Below, piece after piece: positions 1-9,472 of a stretch of DNA of 32,000 nt; the first letter of the stretch is position 1, and every line of letters starts with the position of its first letter. This stretch comes from Mycolicibacterium smegmatis (GTDB lineage Bacteria; Actinomycetota; Actinomycetes; Mycobacteriales; Mycobacteriaceae): the NCBI RefSeq assembly GCF_001457595.1, contig NZ_LN831039.1:1200001-1232000 (forward strand), read 5' to 3'. Below the pieces are notes generated by a model that was given only the letters and a program-made list of their open reading frames with translations, was not told the DNA's origin and ran no database searches. The translations under genes were made by a program, and so were the position numbers.

Positions 1-1
1 C

Positions 2-1204
2 CGGCGACACGAAGATGTTGCGACCGACCTCACCCGCGAGGAGGGCAAGACCCGCGCCGAGGCGATGGGGGAGGTGCGCCGCGCCATCGACGTGCTGCGG
101 TTCTTCGGCTCTGCTGGTTGGCGAACAGGCGGCGAGACGCTGCCAAGCACGATGCCGAACACCAGCGTGCACACCCGCCAGGAACCCCTCGGCGTGGTCG
201 GGCTGATCACCCCGTGGAACTTCCCGATCGCGATCCCCGCCTGGAAGATGGCTCCGGCCTTGGTGTCCGGCAACGCCGTGGTGATCAAGCCTGCCGAGCT
301 CACACCCTTGTCGGTCAACCACCTGGCCACCGCCCTGGTCGATGCCGGACTCCCCGCCGGAGTGCTCAACGTGGTGCACGGCTCGGGTTCTCTCGCCGGC
401 GACGCGCTGATCCGCCACCAAGATGTCGCCGCCGTGTCCTTCACCGGGTCCACCGGCGTGGGCATGGCGATCCGTGACGTTCTCAATGCGCGCAATGCGC
501 GTGTGCAGCTCGAGATGGGCGGCAAGAACGCCTATTTGGTGCTCGACGACGCCGACGTCGAGGCCGCCGCGGCCACCGTCGCAGCAGGCGCCTTCAGTCT
601 CACCGGCCAGGCCTGCACCGCGACATCGCGGGTTTACGTCACCCCGGGTGTCCGAGAGGTCTTCGTCAAAGCCCTTCGCGAGAAGGCGCGCGCCATCGAA
701 CCCGGCAACGGTCTGGACCCCGGCACCACCATGGGCCCCGTGGTCTCCGAGGCCCAACTTGCCAAGGATGTCGCGGCGATCCGTGCCGCGTCCGAAGCGG
801 GGTTCGACGTCGGAGAGGTCCGCGACCACGAGGCCCAGTTCCTTGCGCCGGTTGTGGTCTCAGGCGTCTTGCACGATCATCCGCTTGCCACCGATGAGGT
901 GTTCGGTCCGGTCGTCGGCGTCATCGATGTGGCGGACTACGAACAGGGACTGGACCTTGTCAACGACTCGTCTTATGGGCTCACGGCCGGGATCTGCACC
1001 CGGGACCTGGGCAAGGCCTACCACTTCGCCGCGCGGGCGCAGGTCGGCGTGGTCAAGATCAATCGTCCGACGACCGGGCTCGACCTGAACGTGCCGTTCG
1101 GCGGGGTTCGCGACTCCTCGACCAACACATTCCGCGAGCAAGGCGAGCGCGCCGTGGACTTCTACACCTGGACCAAGAGCGTCTACATCGGCCACGACCT
1201 GTAA
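2..1204 (+). CDS. Aldehyde dehydrogenase family protein, 5'-truncated by the window edge
   Basis: Frame is open from base 2. Contains ITPWNFPIAIPAWKMAPALVSGNAVVIKPAELTP, VSFTGSTGVG, LEMGGKN, GQACTATSRV and EVFGPVVGV, all ALDH motifs. Confidence 0.95.
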   Translation, partial: RRHEDVATDLTREEGKTRAEAMGEVRRAIDVLRFFGSAGWRTGGETLPSTMPNTSVHTRQEPLGVVGLITPWNFPIAIPAWKMAPALVSGNAVVIKPAELTPLSVNHLATALVDAGLPAGVLNVVHGSGSLAGDALIRHQDVAAVSFTGSTGVGMAIRDVLNARNARVQLEMGGKNAYLVLDDADVEAAAATVAAGAFSLTGQACTATSRVYVTPGVREVFVKALREKARAIEPGNGLDPGTTMGPVVSEAQLAKDVAAIRAASEAGFDVGEVRDHEAQFLAPVVVSGVLHDHPLATDEVFGPVVGVIDVADYEQGLDLVNDSSYGLTAGICTRDLGKAYHFAARAQVGVVKINRPTTGLDLNVPFGGVRDSSTNTFREQGERAVDFYTWTKSVYIGHDL

Positions 1205-1242
1205 GCGCCACCTCGTCCCGTTACCGCTTCCGCCGAGAGCGA

Positions 1243-1281
1243 CGAAAATGCCGTGTGGACACGCTCCACGCGGCATTTTCG
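1243..1281. terminator. Hairpin CGAAAATGCCG(TGTGG)...(CCACG)CGGCATTTTCG, likely intrinsic/bidirectional terminator
   Basis: 16-bp stem (one G.U) with a 7-nt loop, directly after the ALDH stop codon. The outer arms recur at 6322-6361. Confidence 0.6.
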
Positions 1282-1411
1282 TTCCTCTCGACGCTAAATC
1301 GGGATAAGCCCGGGGGTTCGACTCCCCGCGAGTTCAAAGGGTTACCCAGCACCGATTTGTTGCCACCATGGCCGAGTTCGTCACAAGCTCGTCAATGGGG
1401 GGAGGGCCGTC

Positions 1412-2482
1412 ATGCGGCCACCACGTTCGGTGTTCGCACCGATCGGAGCACTACTGGCCACAGCCGCCCTGGTGCTGACGGCGTGCGGATCATCGGGGAA
1501 TTCCGCACAGACCGTCGACGGCAAGACCGTGGTCCGATATCAGGGCTGGACCGGTCAGGTCGAATTCCAGGAGCTCGCTGAAGAACTCGGCTATTACAAC
1601 ATGATCCAGCTGGACTGGGTCGGCAACACCACCAGCGGGCCACAGGACATCCAGTCGGTGGCCACCGGCGATATCGACGTCGGTTCGGCGTTCAACGGTG
1701 CCGTGGTGAAACTCAACGCCGCGGGCGCCCCGATCACCTCGGTGCTCAGCTCATACGGCGCCGACGAGGGCGAGTACACCGGGTACTTCGTGCTGGAGGA
1801 CAGCCCGATCCGTTCCGCGCGTGACCTGATCGGCAAGAAGGTCGGCATGAACACCCTCGGCGCACACCACGAGTTCCTGACTCGCGAGTGGCTCGCTCAG
1901 CAGGGCCTGTCCAACGACGAGATCAAGACCGTGACGCTGACGGTCGTGCCACCGGTGAACACCGAACAGGCGTTGCGGGAGAAGCAGATCGACGTCGCGG
2001 CCATGAACGGCATCTGGCGTGAGACCGCGCAGGAGCGCGGGGGGATCCGGCCGCTGTTCACCGACAAGGCACTGTTCGGGGCCTTCAGCTACGGCAGTTA
2101 CGTCATGCGTGACGACTTCATCGCCAGGAACCGGGACGCCGCCGCCGATTTCGTGCAGGGCACAGCACGCGCGATCCGCTGGACCCAGGTGACACCGCGC
2201 GATGAGGTGGTCGCCAAGTTCCGCGAGATCATCAACAAGCGCCAGCGCAACGAGGACACCAGGACCATCGAGTACTGGCGCAGCTCAGGGCTTCCGGTGC
2301 CCGGCGCGGTGATCGCCGAGCGCGAGTTGCAGACGTGGATCGACTGGCTGGTGCGCAACGGCGAACTCGAAGAAGGCCAACTGAAGGCGAAAGACCTCTA
2401 CACCAACGAGTTCAACCCCTACGCCAACGGCACCTACGACGAAACCAGCGGTCCCGACGGTCAAACCTTGGCGAAGAAATGA
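1412..2482 (+). CDS. ABC transporter substrate-binding lipoprotein (sulfonate/nitrate/taurine type)
   Basis: Lipoprotein signal LLATAALVLTACGSS, periplasmic binding-protein pattern, followed by ATPase and permease genes. Confidence 0.85.
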   Translation: MRPPRSVFAPIGALLATAALVLTACGSSGNSAQTVDGKTVVRYQGWTGQVEFQELAEELGYYNMIQLDWVGNTTSGPQDIQSVATGDIDVGSAFNGAVVKLNAAGAPITSVLSSYGADEGEYTGYFVLEDSPIRSARDLIGKKVGMNTLGAHHEFLTREWLAQQGLSNDEIKTVTLTVVPPVNTEQALREKQIDVAAMNGIWRETAQERGGIRPLFTDKALFGAFSYGSYVMRDDFIARNRDAAADFVQGTARAIRWTQVTPRDEVVAKFREIINKRQRNEDTRTIEYWRSSGLPVPGAVIAERELQTWIDWLVRNGELEEGQLKAKDLYTNEFNPYANGTYDETSGPDGQTLAKK

Positions 2483-3282
2483 GCACCGAACCGAAGTTGC
2501 GTCTCCGCAACGTCACCAAGCAATTCGACATCCGCGGTGAGAAGGCCAAATTCACCGCCGTCCAGGACATCAGCATCGACGTGGCTGCCGGCGAGTTCCT
2601 GGTGCTGGTGGGTCCCAGCGGGTGTGGGAAGTCGACCCTGCTGGACCTGTTGGGTGGACTGAGCAGTCCCACATCGGGAGAGATCCTGCTCGACGGCGCC
2701 CCGGTCACCGGACCCGGACTGGATCGCGGCATCGTGTTCCAGCAGTACGCCCTGCTGCCGTGGCGCACGGCGCGCAAGAACATCGAGTTCGGTCTGGAAG
2801 CCAAGGGCCTGCCCGCCGCGGAGCGCAGACAACGCGCCGAGCACTACCTGGAACTGGTGGGGCTGCGGGCCTTTGCCGACCGCTATCCGCACGAGTTGTC
2901 CGGCGGGATGAAGCAAAGGGTGGCGATCGCGCGCAGCCTGGCGTTCGATCCGGAGGTGCTGTTGATGGACGAACCGTTCGCCGCACTCGACGCGCAGACC
3001 CGTGAATCCCTGCAGGACGAACTGCTGCGGATCTGGCGTGCCACCGGCAAGACCATCCTGTTCATCACACACGGCATCGACGAGGCGCTGTACCTCGGGC
3101 AACGCGTCGCGGTGCTCACGTCGAGGCCCGGGCGGATCAAGAAGATCGTCGACGTCGACATCGACCGTAGCGGCGAGGACGTGCGTTCGAGTTCCGGGTT
3201 CCGCGAACAACGACACCACATCTGGTCGTTGCTGCACGACGAGGTGCAACGCGCACAGACCGAGGAGGTTTCGCATGCCTAG
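2479..3282 (+). CDS. ABC transporter ATP-binding protein (SsuB/TauB-like)
   Basis: Walker A GPSGCGKSTLLDLLGG, signature LSGGMKQRVAIARSLAFDPEVLLMDEPFAALD. ATG at 2479 overlaps the upstream stop. Confidence 0.92.
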   Translation: MSTEPKLRLRNVTKQFDIRGEKAKFTAVQDISIDVAAGEFLVLVGPSGCGKSTLLDLLGGLSSPTSGEILLDGAPVTGPGLDRGIVFQQYALLPWRTARKNIEFGLEAKGLPAAERRQRAEHYLELVGLRAFADRYPHELSGGMKQRVAIARSLAFDPEVLLMDEPFAALDAQTRESLQDELLRIWRATGKTILFITHGIDEALYLGQRVAVLTSRPGRIKKIVDVDIDRSGEDVRSSSGFREQRHHIWSLLHDEVQRAQTEEVSHA

Positions 3283-4120
3283 CCCGGCAGCGGTGCTGGA
3301 CGCCGACACACCGGTGGTTATTCCACCAGCTGAACCCCAGGCTGGACGCGGCCAGAGATTCCGCGCACTCACCTGGCGGCTGGTGCGCCCCGTCGTCGTC
3401 ATCGCGCTGTTTCTCGGAGTCTGGGAGACCGCGCCGCGAATCGGATTGGTGGACAACGTCTTCCTTCCGCCGCTGAGCCACGTTGTGCAGGCGTGGTTCA
3501 CGCTGCTCGGCAACGGTCAGCTGTGGGAACATGTTTCGGCCAGCCTGTCACGGGCCCTGATCGGTTTCGCGTTGGCGATCCTGGTGAGCATTCCGCTCGG
3601 CGTGGCCATCGGGTGGTATCGGCCCGTCGCGGACTTTCTCAACCCCATCCTCGAATTGTTCCGCAACACTGCGGCGCTGGCGCTGCTGCCGGTGTTCGTC
3701 CTCATCCTGGGCATCGGGGAGACCTCGAAAGTCGCGCTGGTCGTGTACGCGTCGGCGTTCCCGATCCTGCTCAACACCATTTCGGGGGTCCGCACCGTCG
3801 ACCCGCTGCTGATCAAATCGGCCAGGTCGCTCGGCCTGAGCCCAATCCGGTTGTTCCAGAAAGTGGTCCTGCCTGCGGCCGTACCGACGATCTTCACCGG
3901 CCTGCGCATGGCGGCGGCGTCCTCGATCCTGGTGCTCATCGCCGCGGAGATGGTCGGCGCCAAAGCCGGTCTGGGATACCTGATCACCGCTTCACAACTC
4001 AACTTCCAGATCCCGAACATGTACGCCGGCATCGTCACGATCGCGCTGGTGGGGGTGGTGTTCAACGGCATCCTCGTGGCGATCGAAGGACGGTTGTCGG
4101 GCTGGCGCAACACCAACTGA
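3275..4120 (+). CDS. ABC transporter permease (SsuC/TauC-like)
   Basis: Multiple hydrophobic helices with the binding-protein-dependent permease motif; start overlaps the ATPase 3' end. Confidence 0.88.
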   Translation: MPSPAAVLDADTPVVIPPAEPQAGRGQRFRALTWRLVRPVVVIALFLGVWETAPRIGLVDNVFLPPLSHVVQAWFTLLGNGQLWEHVSASLSRALIGFALAILVSIPLGVAIGWYRPVADFLNPILELFRNTAALALLPVFVLILGIGETSKVALVVYASAFPILLNTISGVRTVDPLLIKSARSLGLSPIRLFQKVVLPAAVPTIFTGLRMAAASSILVLIAAEMVGAKAGLGYLITASQLNFQIPNMYAGIVTIALVGVVFNGILVAIEGRLSGWRNTN

Positions 4121-4142
4121 AAACAGAAGGACAACCACAAGA

Positions 4143-5489
4143 ATGACCGCACAGCCACGACAACTCCATCTCAACGCATTCCTCATGGGCGTCGGCCACC
4201 ACGAGGCCGCCTGGCGTCATCCGCGCACCGACGCGCGGAACTTGACCGACGTCAAGCATTTCCAGCGTCTCGCACAGCTCGCCGAGCGCGGCAGGCTCGA
4301 CTCGGTGTTCTTCGCCGACACGCTGGCCGTGGGTCCACGCGTCAAGCACAACTCCCAGACCATCTTCGAGCCCATCACGTTGCTCACCGCGATGTCCGTC
4401 GTCACCGAGCACATCGGCCTGATCGCGACCGCGAGCACCGGCTACAACGCGCCGTACACGCTGGCGCGCGCGTTCGCGTCGCTCGACCACATCAGCGGTG
4501 GCCGTGCCGGGTGGAACATCGTCACCTCGGCGGGGGAGGACGAAGCGGCGAACTTCGGCTACCACGGCATCCCCGACCACGCCGGCCGTTACGCGCGTGC
4601 CGCCGAGTTCCTCGATGTCACAACGGCATTGTGGGACAGCTGGGAAGACGACGCGCTGGTGCTCGACGAGCACAGCGGGATCTTCGCCGATCCCACCAAG
4701 GTGCATCGGATCGACCACGACGGCGAGCGGTTCCGGGTACGGGGGCCGCTGAACTCGCCGCGCTCGGTGCAGGGGAGACCGTTGCTGGTACAGGCCGGAT
4801 CGTCGGAGACCGGAAAGGATTTCGCGGCCCGGTACGCCGAGGCGATCTTCACCGCGCAGCGCAGCCTCGACGAGGGCAAGGCGTTCTACCGCGACGTGAA
4901 GGCCCGCGCCGTGAAGTTCGGCCGCAGCCCGGACGACGTGAAGATCCTGCCGGGGGTTGTCGTGTACCTCGGCGAGACCGAGCGGGTCGCACAGGAACTC
5001 GAGCAGGAGTTCACCGATCTCATCTCGCCGGAGTACTCGCTACGCCAACTGTCACAGATGCTCGGGGTGGACCTGACCGCGCATTCGCTCGACGCGCCGC
5101 TGCCTCCGTTGCCGCCGATCGAGCAGATCCAGGGCAACAAGAGCCGCTACCAACTGGTGAAGGACCTCGCAGCCGGCGAGTCGCTGACCGTGCGGCAGTT
5201 GATCGCGAAACTCGGTGGCGGGCGCGGACACCGCACCTGCGCGGGCACACCCGAGCAGGTCGCCGACAACCTCGAGGAGTGGTTCACCGAGGGCGCGGCG
5301 GACGGCTTCAACGTCATGCCGCCGTACCTGCCGGGCGGGTTGGAGGACTTCATCGAGCACGTCGTGCCGATCCTGCAGCGCCGCGGGCTGTTCCGTACCG
5401 AGTACACCGCCACGACGCTGCGCGGGCATTACGGCCTGGCGTATCAGCCCAGCCGGCATTCCCGCACCGCCGCCGAATCCACCGCGTGA
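4143..5489 (+). CDS. LLM-class FMN-dependent monooxygenase (NtaA/SnaA/DszA family)
   Basis: GVGHHEAAWRHP, FFADTLAVG, TASTGYNAPYTLARAFASLDHISGGRAGWNIVTS, QAGSSETGKDFAARYAEAIF. Confidence 0.9.
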   Translation: MTAQPRQLHLNAFLMGVGHHEAAWRHPRTDARNLTDVKHFQRLAQLAERGRLDSVFFADTLAVGPRVKHNSQTIFEPITLLTAMSVVTEHIGLIATASTGYNAPYTLARAFASLDHISGGRAGWNIVTSAGEDEAANFGYHGIPDHAGRYARAAEFLDVTTALWDSWEDDALVLDEHSGIFADPTKVHRIDHDGERFRVRGPLNSPRSVQGRPLLVQAGSSETGKDFAARYAEAIFTAQRSLDEGKAFYRDVKARAVKFGRSPDDVKILPGVVVYLGETERVAQELEQEFTDLISPEYSLRQLSQMLGVDLTAHSLDAPLPPLPPIEQIQGNKSRYQLVKDLAAGESLTVRQLIAKLGGGRGHRTCAGTPEQVADNLEEWFTEGAADGFNVMPPYLPGGLEDFIEHVVPILQRRGLFRTEYTATTLRGHYGLAYQPSRHSRTAAESTA

Positions 5490-6320
5490 GCGGGCCCGTC
5501 ACCGCAGGCGCACTTCGTTCCTTGGCCGCCACGGTCAAACATCCCGTCGGCCGTCTTCGGGATCGGGCAGGGCGCAGGCGCACCCGTCGTCGCGCTCATC
5601 GCGCGTGACCTCGGCGCGTCGGTCGGCACGGCAGGGGCGCTCGTCGAACTCGGCGCCGTCCTCGGCGACCTGCCCGCCGGGCGGGTGGTGGCCCGCTTCG
5701 GTGAGCGGCGGTCGATCATCGTCGGCTCGAGCATCGGCGCCGTCGGGGTGCTCATGTGCCTCGCGGCGCCGAATCCACTCGTGCTGGCGATCGGTGTGGC
5801 GCTCACCGGTCTGGCCAGCGCGGTGTGGGGCCTGGCCCGGCAGAGCTATCTGGCCGAGGTGGTGCCGCTGCCCATGCGGGCACGGGCCATGGCGATGTTC
5901 GCGCTGACGTGGCGGCTGGGCTACTTCGTCGGGCCGTTCCTCGGGGCTCTCGTGATCCTCGCCGCGGGCACCCGCGGCGGCTTCGCCGTCCAGTTCGTCG
6001 GCATCGTGCTCGCGGGCTACCTCATGGCGCGCATGGACGATCCGCCGCGCCCGCCGGATGCCGAAACCGGGCGGCGTGCCGCTTTCGCGCATTCTGCGGC
6101 GGCACCGCCCGTTGCTGTACACCCTCGGCACCGGTGCGTCGTTGATGGGCGCGGCCCGCGCTTCGCGTGACGCGGTGTTGCCGCTGTGGGCCGACCATCT
6201 CGGTCTGCACGCCGCGACGGTCTCGCTGGTGTTCGGCATCGGCGCGCTGGCCGACCTGATCTGCTCGTATCCGGCCGGGCAGATCATGGACCGTGACGGG
6301 CGGCGCCTGCGCCGAAAGCG
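5486..6320 (+). pseudogene. MFS transporter, apparently frameshifted twice and C-terminally truncated
   Basis: MFS-like sequence is spread over three frames: VSGPVTAGALRSLAATVKHP (frame of 5486), then SAVFGIGQGAGAPVVALIARDLG...YLMARMDD (frame of 5685), then PLSRILRRHRPLLYTLGTGASLMG...YPAGQIMDRDG (frame of 6058). Confidence 0.7.
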
Positions 6321-6321
6321 A

Positions 6322-6361
6322 CGAAAATGCCGCTCAGAAGGGCCTCTGAGCGGCATTTTCG
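6322..6361. terminator. Perfect 17-bp stem hairpin between convergent MFS remnant and YajQ gene
   Basis: CGAAAATGCCGCTCAGA-AGGGCC-TCTGAGCGGCATTTTCG. Confidence 0.75.
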
Positions 6362-6380
6362 TCAATTTCGAGGTGACAGG

Positions 6381-6872
6381 TCAGCGGTAGTTCACGAACT
6401 GCAGGGCGACGTCCAGGTCGGCGCCCTTGAGCAGCGCGATGACGGCCTGCAGGTCGTCGCGCTTCTTGGAGCTGACGCGGATCTCGTCGCCCTGGATCTG
6501 CGCCTTGACGCCCTTGGGGCCCTCGTCGCGGATGATCTTGGTGATCTTCTTGGCCTGCTCGCTGGTGATGCCCTGCTTGATGGTGCCCGTCACCTTGTAG
6601 GTCTTGCCGCTGGGCTGCGGGTCGCCGGCGTCGAAGGCCTTCATGGAGATGTCGCGACGGACCAGCTTCTCCTTGAAGACGTCGACGGCGGCCTTGACGC
6701 GCTCCTCCGTGCTGGACGTGAGTTCGATCACCTCGTCGCCCTTCCAGGCGATGGTGGTGTCGGTGCCGCGGAAGTCGAACCGGGTGGCCAGCTCCTTGGC
6801 GGCCTGGTTAAGCGCGTTGTCAACCTCCTGACGATCGACCTTGCTGACGACGTCGAAGCTGGAATCCGCCAT
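6381..6872 (-). CDS. YajQ family (UPF0234) nucleotide-binding protein
   Basis: 163 aa, [41 protein letters not shown]...[48 protein letters not shown]. Confidence 0.93.
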   Translation of the reverse strand: MADSSFDVVSKVDRQEVDNALNQAAKELATRFDFRGTDTTIAWKGDEVIELTSSTEERVKAAVDVFKEKLVRRDISMKAFDAGDPQPSGKTYKVTGTIKQGITSEQAKKITKIIRDEGPKGVKAQIQGDEIRVSSKKRDDLQAVIALLKGADLDVALQFVNYR

Positions 6873-6981
6873 TGGACCGCCTCTCCTCTCCCTCGGTGAG
6901 TCCTGCCGGTTTGTAGTTTGGGTACATCCTCGTTGTACCCTGCTAGTCGCACCAAACCGGAAACGGGGCGGCGCGACGTCA

Positions 6982-7064
6982 GGCAGGTTGCCCGAGCGGC
7001 CAATGGGAGCGGACTGTAAATCCGTCGGCTTACGCCTACGCAGGTTCGAATCCTGCACCTGCCA
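6982..7064 (+). tRNA. tRNA-Tyr (anticodon GTA)
   Basis: Acceptor GGCAGGT/ACCTGCC, GTA anticodon at 7016-7018, long variable arm, CAGGTTCGAATCCTG T-arm. Confidence 0.95.
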
Positions 7065-7070
7065 CCCAGG
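7040..7070. other. Inferred prophage left attachment junction (attL) overlapping the tRNA-Tyr 3' end
   Basis: Tyrosine integrase ORF ends 20 bp downstream of the tRNA. The exact core cannot be set without attR or an empty site. Confidence 0.6.
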
Positions 7071-7071
7071 T

Positions 7072-7105
7072 CAAGACCGGTATCTAGCCGGTCTTGGCTT
7101 TTTTC
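7072..7105 (+). terminator. Intrinsic terminator CAAGACCGG-TATCTAG-CCGGTCTTG-GCTTTTTTC
   Basis: Perfect 9-bp stem, 7-nt loop, T6 tract on the plus strand. Overlaps the 3' end of the integrase gene. Confidence 0.8.
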
Positions 7106-8313
7106 TTGCCCTCATCCGTACCGCAGTCGTACCGCAGTGGGAGCCGGATCGCCTCGCCCAGCTTGTTGGCTGCGGCGGTCAGGTCGGCGTCGTAGAGGTG
7201 GCCGTAGCGGTCCAGGGTCATGGTCGCGGTGGCGTGACCCAGCTGTCGCTGGACGACCTTGATGTTGGCCCCGGACGAGATCAGCAAACTGGCACAGGTG
7301 TGGCGGAGGTCGTGCGGGGTGATGCTCGGGAAGTCGCCCTCGGCCTTCATGGCGGCGACGGCCTTGTCGAACTCGTAGCGGTACTGGTGGTTGGTCAACG
7401 CCTCGCCCTGGCGGTTGGGGAACACCAGGGCCCGGGGGTCGGTGGGCAGCTCGGCGACCAACCGTTCCCACACGGGGGGCGGCACCGCGACCTCCCGCAT
7501 CTTGTTGGTCTTCGTCGCGGTGGTGACCAAACCTTGGCCCCGGACGCGGGTGGCGGACTCCCGGATCATCAATTTGCCGTCTCTGACGCCTTCTCGCCGC
7601 AGAGCGGACGCTTCCCCTAGTCGGATGCCGGTGTACCCGAGAACGAGCGTCAGCGTGGCGTACAGCCCCATCTTTGACACCAACCCCAGCAGCTGGTCGT
7701 GGGTGAGGGCGTGTTGGACGCGAGCGTTGTCGTTCGGCAGGTCGTTCTTGCGTTCGATGTCCGCCGCAACGTTTTTCGGCACCTTCCCGGTCCGCACCGC
7801 GTACTGAAGTACCGCGTGGACACACTGGTGGGTTTGGCGGATGCGGCTGGGCGACAACGGTGTTGCCTTGCGGGAGCCGTCGATGGACAGCTTCCCCAAC
7901 CACTTCACCAGGTCCTCGTAGGTGATGTCCTTGACGGGCACGTGTCCCCAGCGGGGCAGGATCAGGTTGTCGAGTAGTTCCCGGTATCCGGCAACGGTTT
8001 TCGGCTTCCGGTGCGACTTGGTGAGGAGCCAGTCCTCGGCGATCACCTCGAACAGTTCCCGGCCCTTCTTCGGGCTGACGACTTCACCCCGATGGATGTC
8101 GGCGGTGATCTTGTTGAGGAATGCTTGGGCGTCGGGTTTGCGGTCGAACACTTTGGTGTGTTCCTGGCTGTCGTCGTCCACCCAGCGGACTCGCCACCGC
8201 TTACCTTTGCCGTGCATGGCGGACTTGACGGTCCGCATCACGCCGTCGTCACCTTTGACCCGTTTGGTCCACCGGTCATCGAGGCCGGCCCGGATGTTCC
8301 GCTTCGCACTCAT
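7084..8313 (-). CDS. int: Tyrosine-family phage integrase
   Basis: Catalytic residues in GYTGIRLGEA, HDLRHTCASLL, GHATATMTLDRYGH; adjacent to a tRNA. Start taken at MSAKRNIRAG. Confidence 0.95.
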   Translation of the reverse strand: MSAKRNIRAGLDDRWTKRVKGDDGVMRTVKSAMHGKGKRWRVRWVDDDSQEHTKVFDRKPDAQAFLNKITADIHRGEVVSPKKGRELFEVIAEDWLLTKSHRKPKTVAGYRELLDNLILPRWGHVPVKDITYEDLVKWLGKLSIDGSRKATPLSPSRIRQTHQCVHAVLQYAVRTGKVPKNVAADIERKNDLPNDNARVQHALTHDQLLGLVSKMGLYATLTLVLGYTGIRLGEASALRREGVRDGKLMIRESATRVRGQGLVTTATKTNKMREVAVPPPVWERLVAELPTDPRALVFPNRQGEALTNHQYRYEFDKAVAAMKAEGDFPSITPHDLRHTCASLLISSGANIKVVQRQLGHATATMTLDRYGHLYDADLTAAANKLGEAIRLPLRYDCGTDEGKKKAKTG

Positions 8314-8473
8314 ACCGCAGAGCGTACCGCTGGAAATCTGTCGGACTGGGCGGATTGGCCCTCTGATCTGCATAGCGCTCACGAGGACACGCCAACGCTG
8401 CCCGCCGAAACCGTCCCGAATTCTCTGCCACCATGGAGTGCAAGCGATTGTGCTGATTGTTATTGGAGGAGAG

Positions 8474-8668
8474 ATGAACGAGCGCCCGTTGACGACCATG
8501 GAGGTGTCGGAGCTGTTGGGGGTGCCGGAACCGACGCTTCGGTGGTGGCGCTATGAGGGCCGGGGCCCGCGGTGCTACCGGCTGGGTGGCCGCAAGGTCG
8601 TTTATGACCGGGCCGACTTGGAGCGGTGGGTGGAGGAGCAGAAGGCCGCGACGGTTCGGGGTGGTTGA
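8474..8668 (+). CDS. Helix-turn-helix protein, excisionase-like
   Basis: 64 aa MNERPLTTMEVSELLGVPEPTLRWWRYEGRGPRCYRLGGRKVVYDRADLERWVEEQ. HTH_17/MerR-like; preceded by GGAGGAG. Confidence 0.75.
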   Translation: MNERPLTTMEVSELLGVPEPTLRWWRYEGRGPRCYRLGGRKVVYDRADLERWVEEQKAATVRGG

Positions 8669-8738
8669 CCCCAGGCACGAAGGAAGCCCCCCGCTGGAGA
8701 GTTTGCGGGGGGCTTTCCTGATTCTATGCGCGCCTGGG

Positions 8739-9125
8739 CTACCGGCCTGTCACGCAATCCTGGACGGCTGATCCGTACTCGTCACCAGCCGAGACTCCCA
8801 GGTCACGGCCATCGGGCAGGACGGTCCGCTTGCGGGCGTCGCTGCTCAGGGCCCAGAGGGCACCGTCCAGCAGCCACACATCCGCACTCGAAACCTTGGT
8901 GCCAGATGAGTCCACGATGTTCCCACCGATGTACAGGGCCCCATCGGGGGTGGTGACCACCTTGGCGTCGGTCAGGTGTTCGTCCTTCGTGAAGGACCAG
9001 TTGATGGCCTCCACCCACTTGGCGGGGGCTTCTTCGCACTTGATGGCAGCATGGGCCTGGGGTGCGGTCAGCGGGGCCAGTGCAATGACTACCGGCATCG
9101 CCAGCAGGGTCAACATCTTCTTCAT
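8739..9125 (-). CDS. Small secreted protein of unknown function
   Basis: Signal peptide MKKMLTLLAMPVVIALAPLTAPQAHA; start overlaps the stop of the upstream HTH gene (ATGA). Confidence 0.65.
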   Translation of the reverse strand: MKKMLTLLAMPVVIALAPLTAPQAHAAIKCEEAPAKWVEAINWSFTKDEHLTDAKVVTTPDGALYIGGNIVDSSGTKVSSADVWLLDGALWALSSDARKRTVLPDGRDLGVSAGDEYGSAVQDCVTGR

Positions 9126-9406
9126 TTCTCTTCCTCGAATGTTCCTGTGGCCGTTGGCCGAAGGACCAGTGTTCGTCCGTTCGCCTTGACCACCAGTTTG
9201 GCGTCCACTCCACATCCGTTCAGGTAGGACGCGAGGGTGGACAGTTTCCAGTCGGTCTGCCTCTCCAGCCGACTCACCACGGTCTGTTTGGTGCCCATCG
9301 CTTCAGCGAGTTGGGCCTGGGTGAGGTCGGCGAGGTTGCGAATTCGTGACAGCTCCACCTCCTGATCGTGGCATGGCGGATCTGCCTGTTCTTGCATCGC
9401 CACCAC
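9122..9406 (-). CDS. XRE-family HTH regulator (candidate repressor or antitoxin-like)
   Basis: LADLTQAQLAEAMGTKQTVVSRLERQTDWKLSTLASYLNGCG. Confidence 0.8.
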   Translation of the reverse strand: MVAMQEQADPPCHDQEVELSRIRNLADLTQAQLAEAMGTKQTVVSRLERQTDWKLSTLASYLNGCGVDAKLVVKANGRTLVLRPTATGTFEEEK

Positions 9407-9472
9407 CTCCTTGGTTTGTGGCCCCGGCGGGGCCGTGCCACCAATAGTACACGCATGTACTAGTACGGGGAC

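Noticed and set aside
1412-5489. ABC importer plus LLM monooxygenase as a novel system
   Set aside because: Looks like a standard alkanesulfonate/organosulfur uptake-and-oxidation operon in host chromosome; nothing unusual seen.
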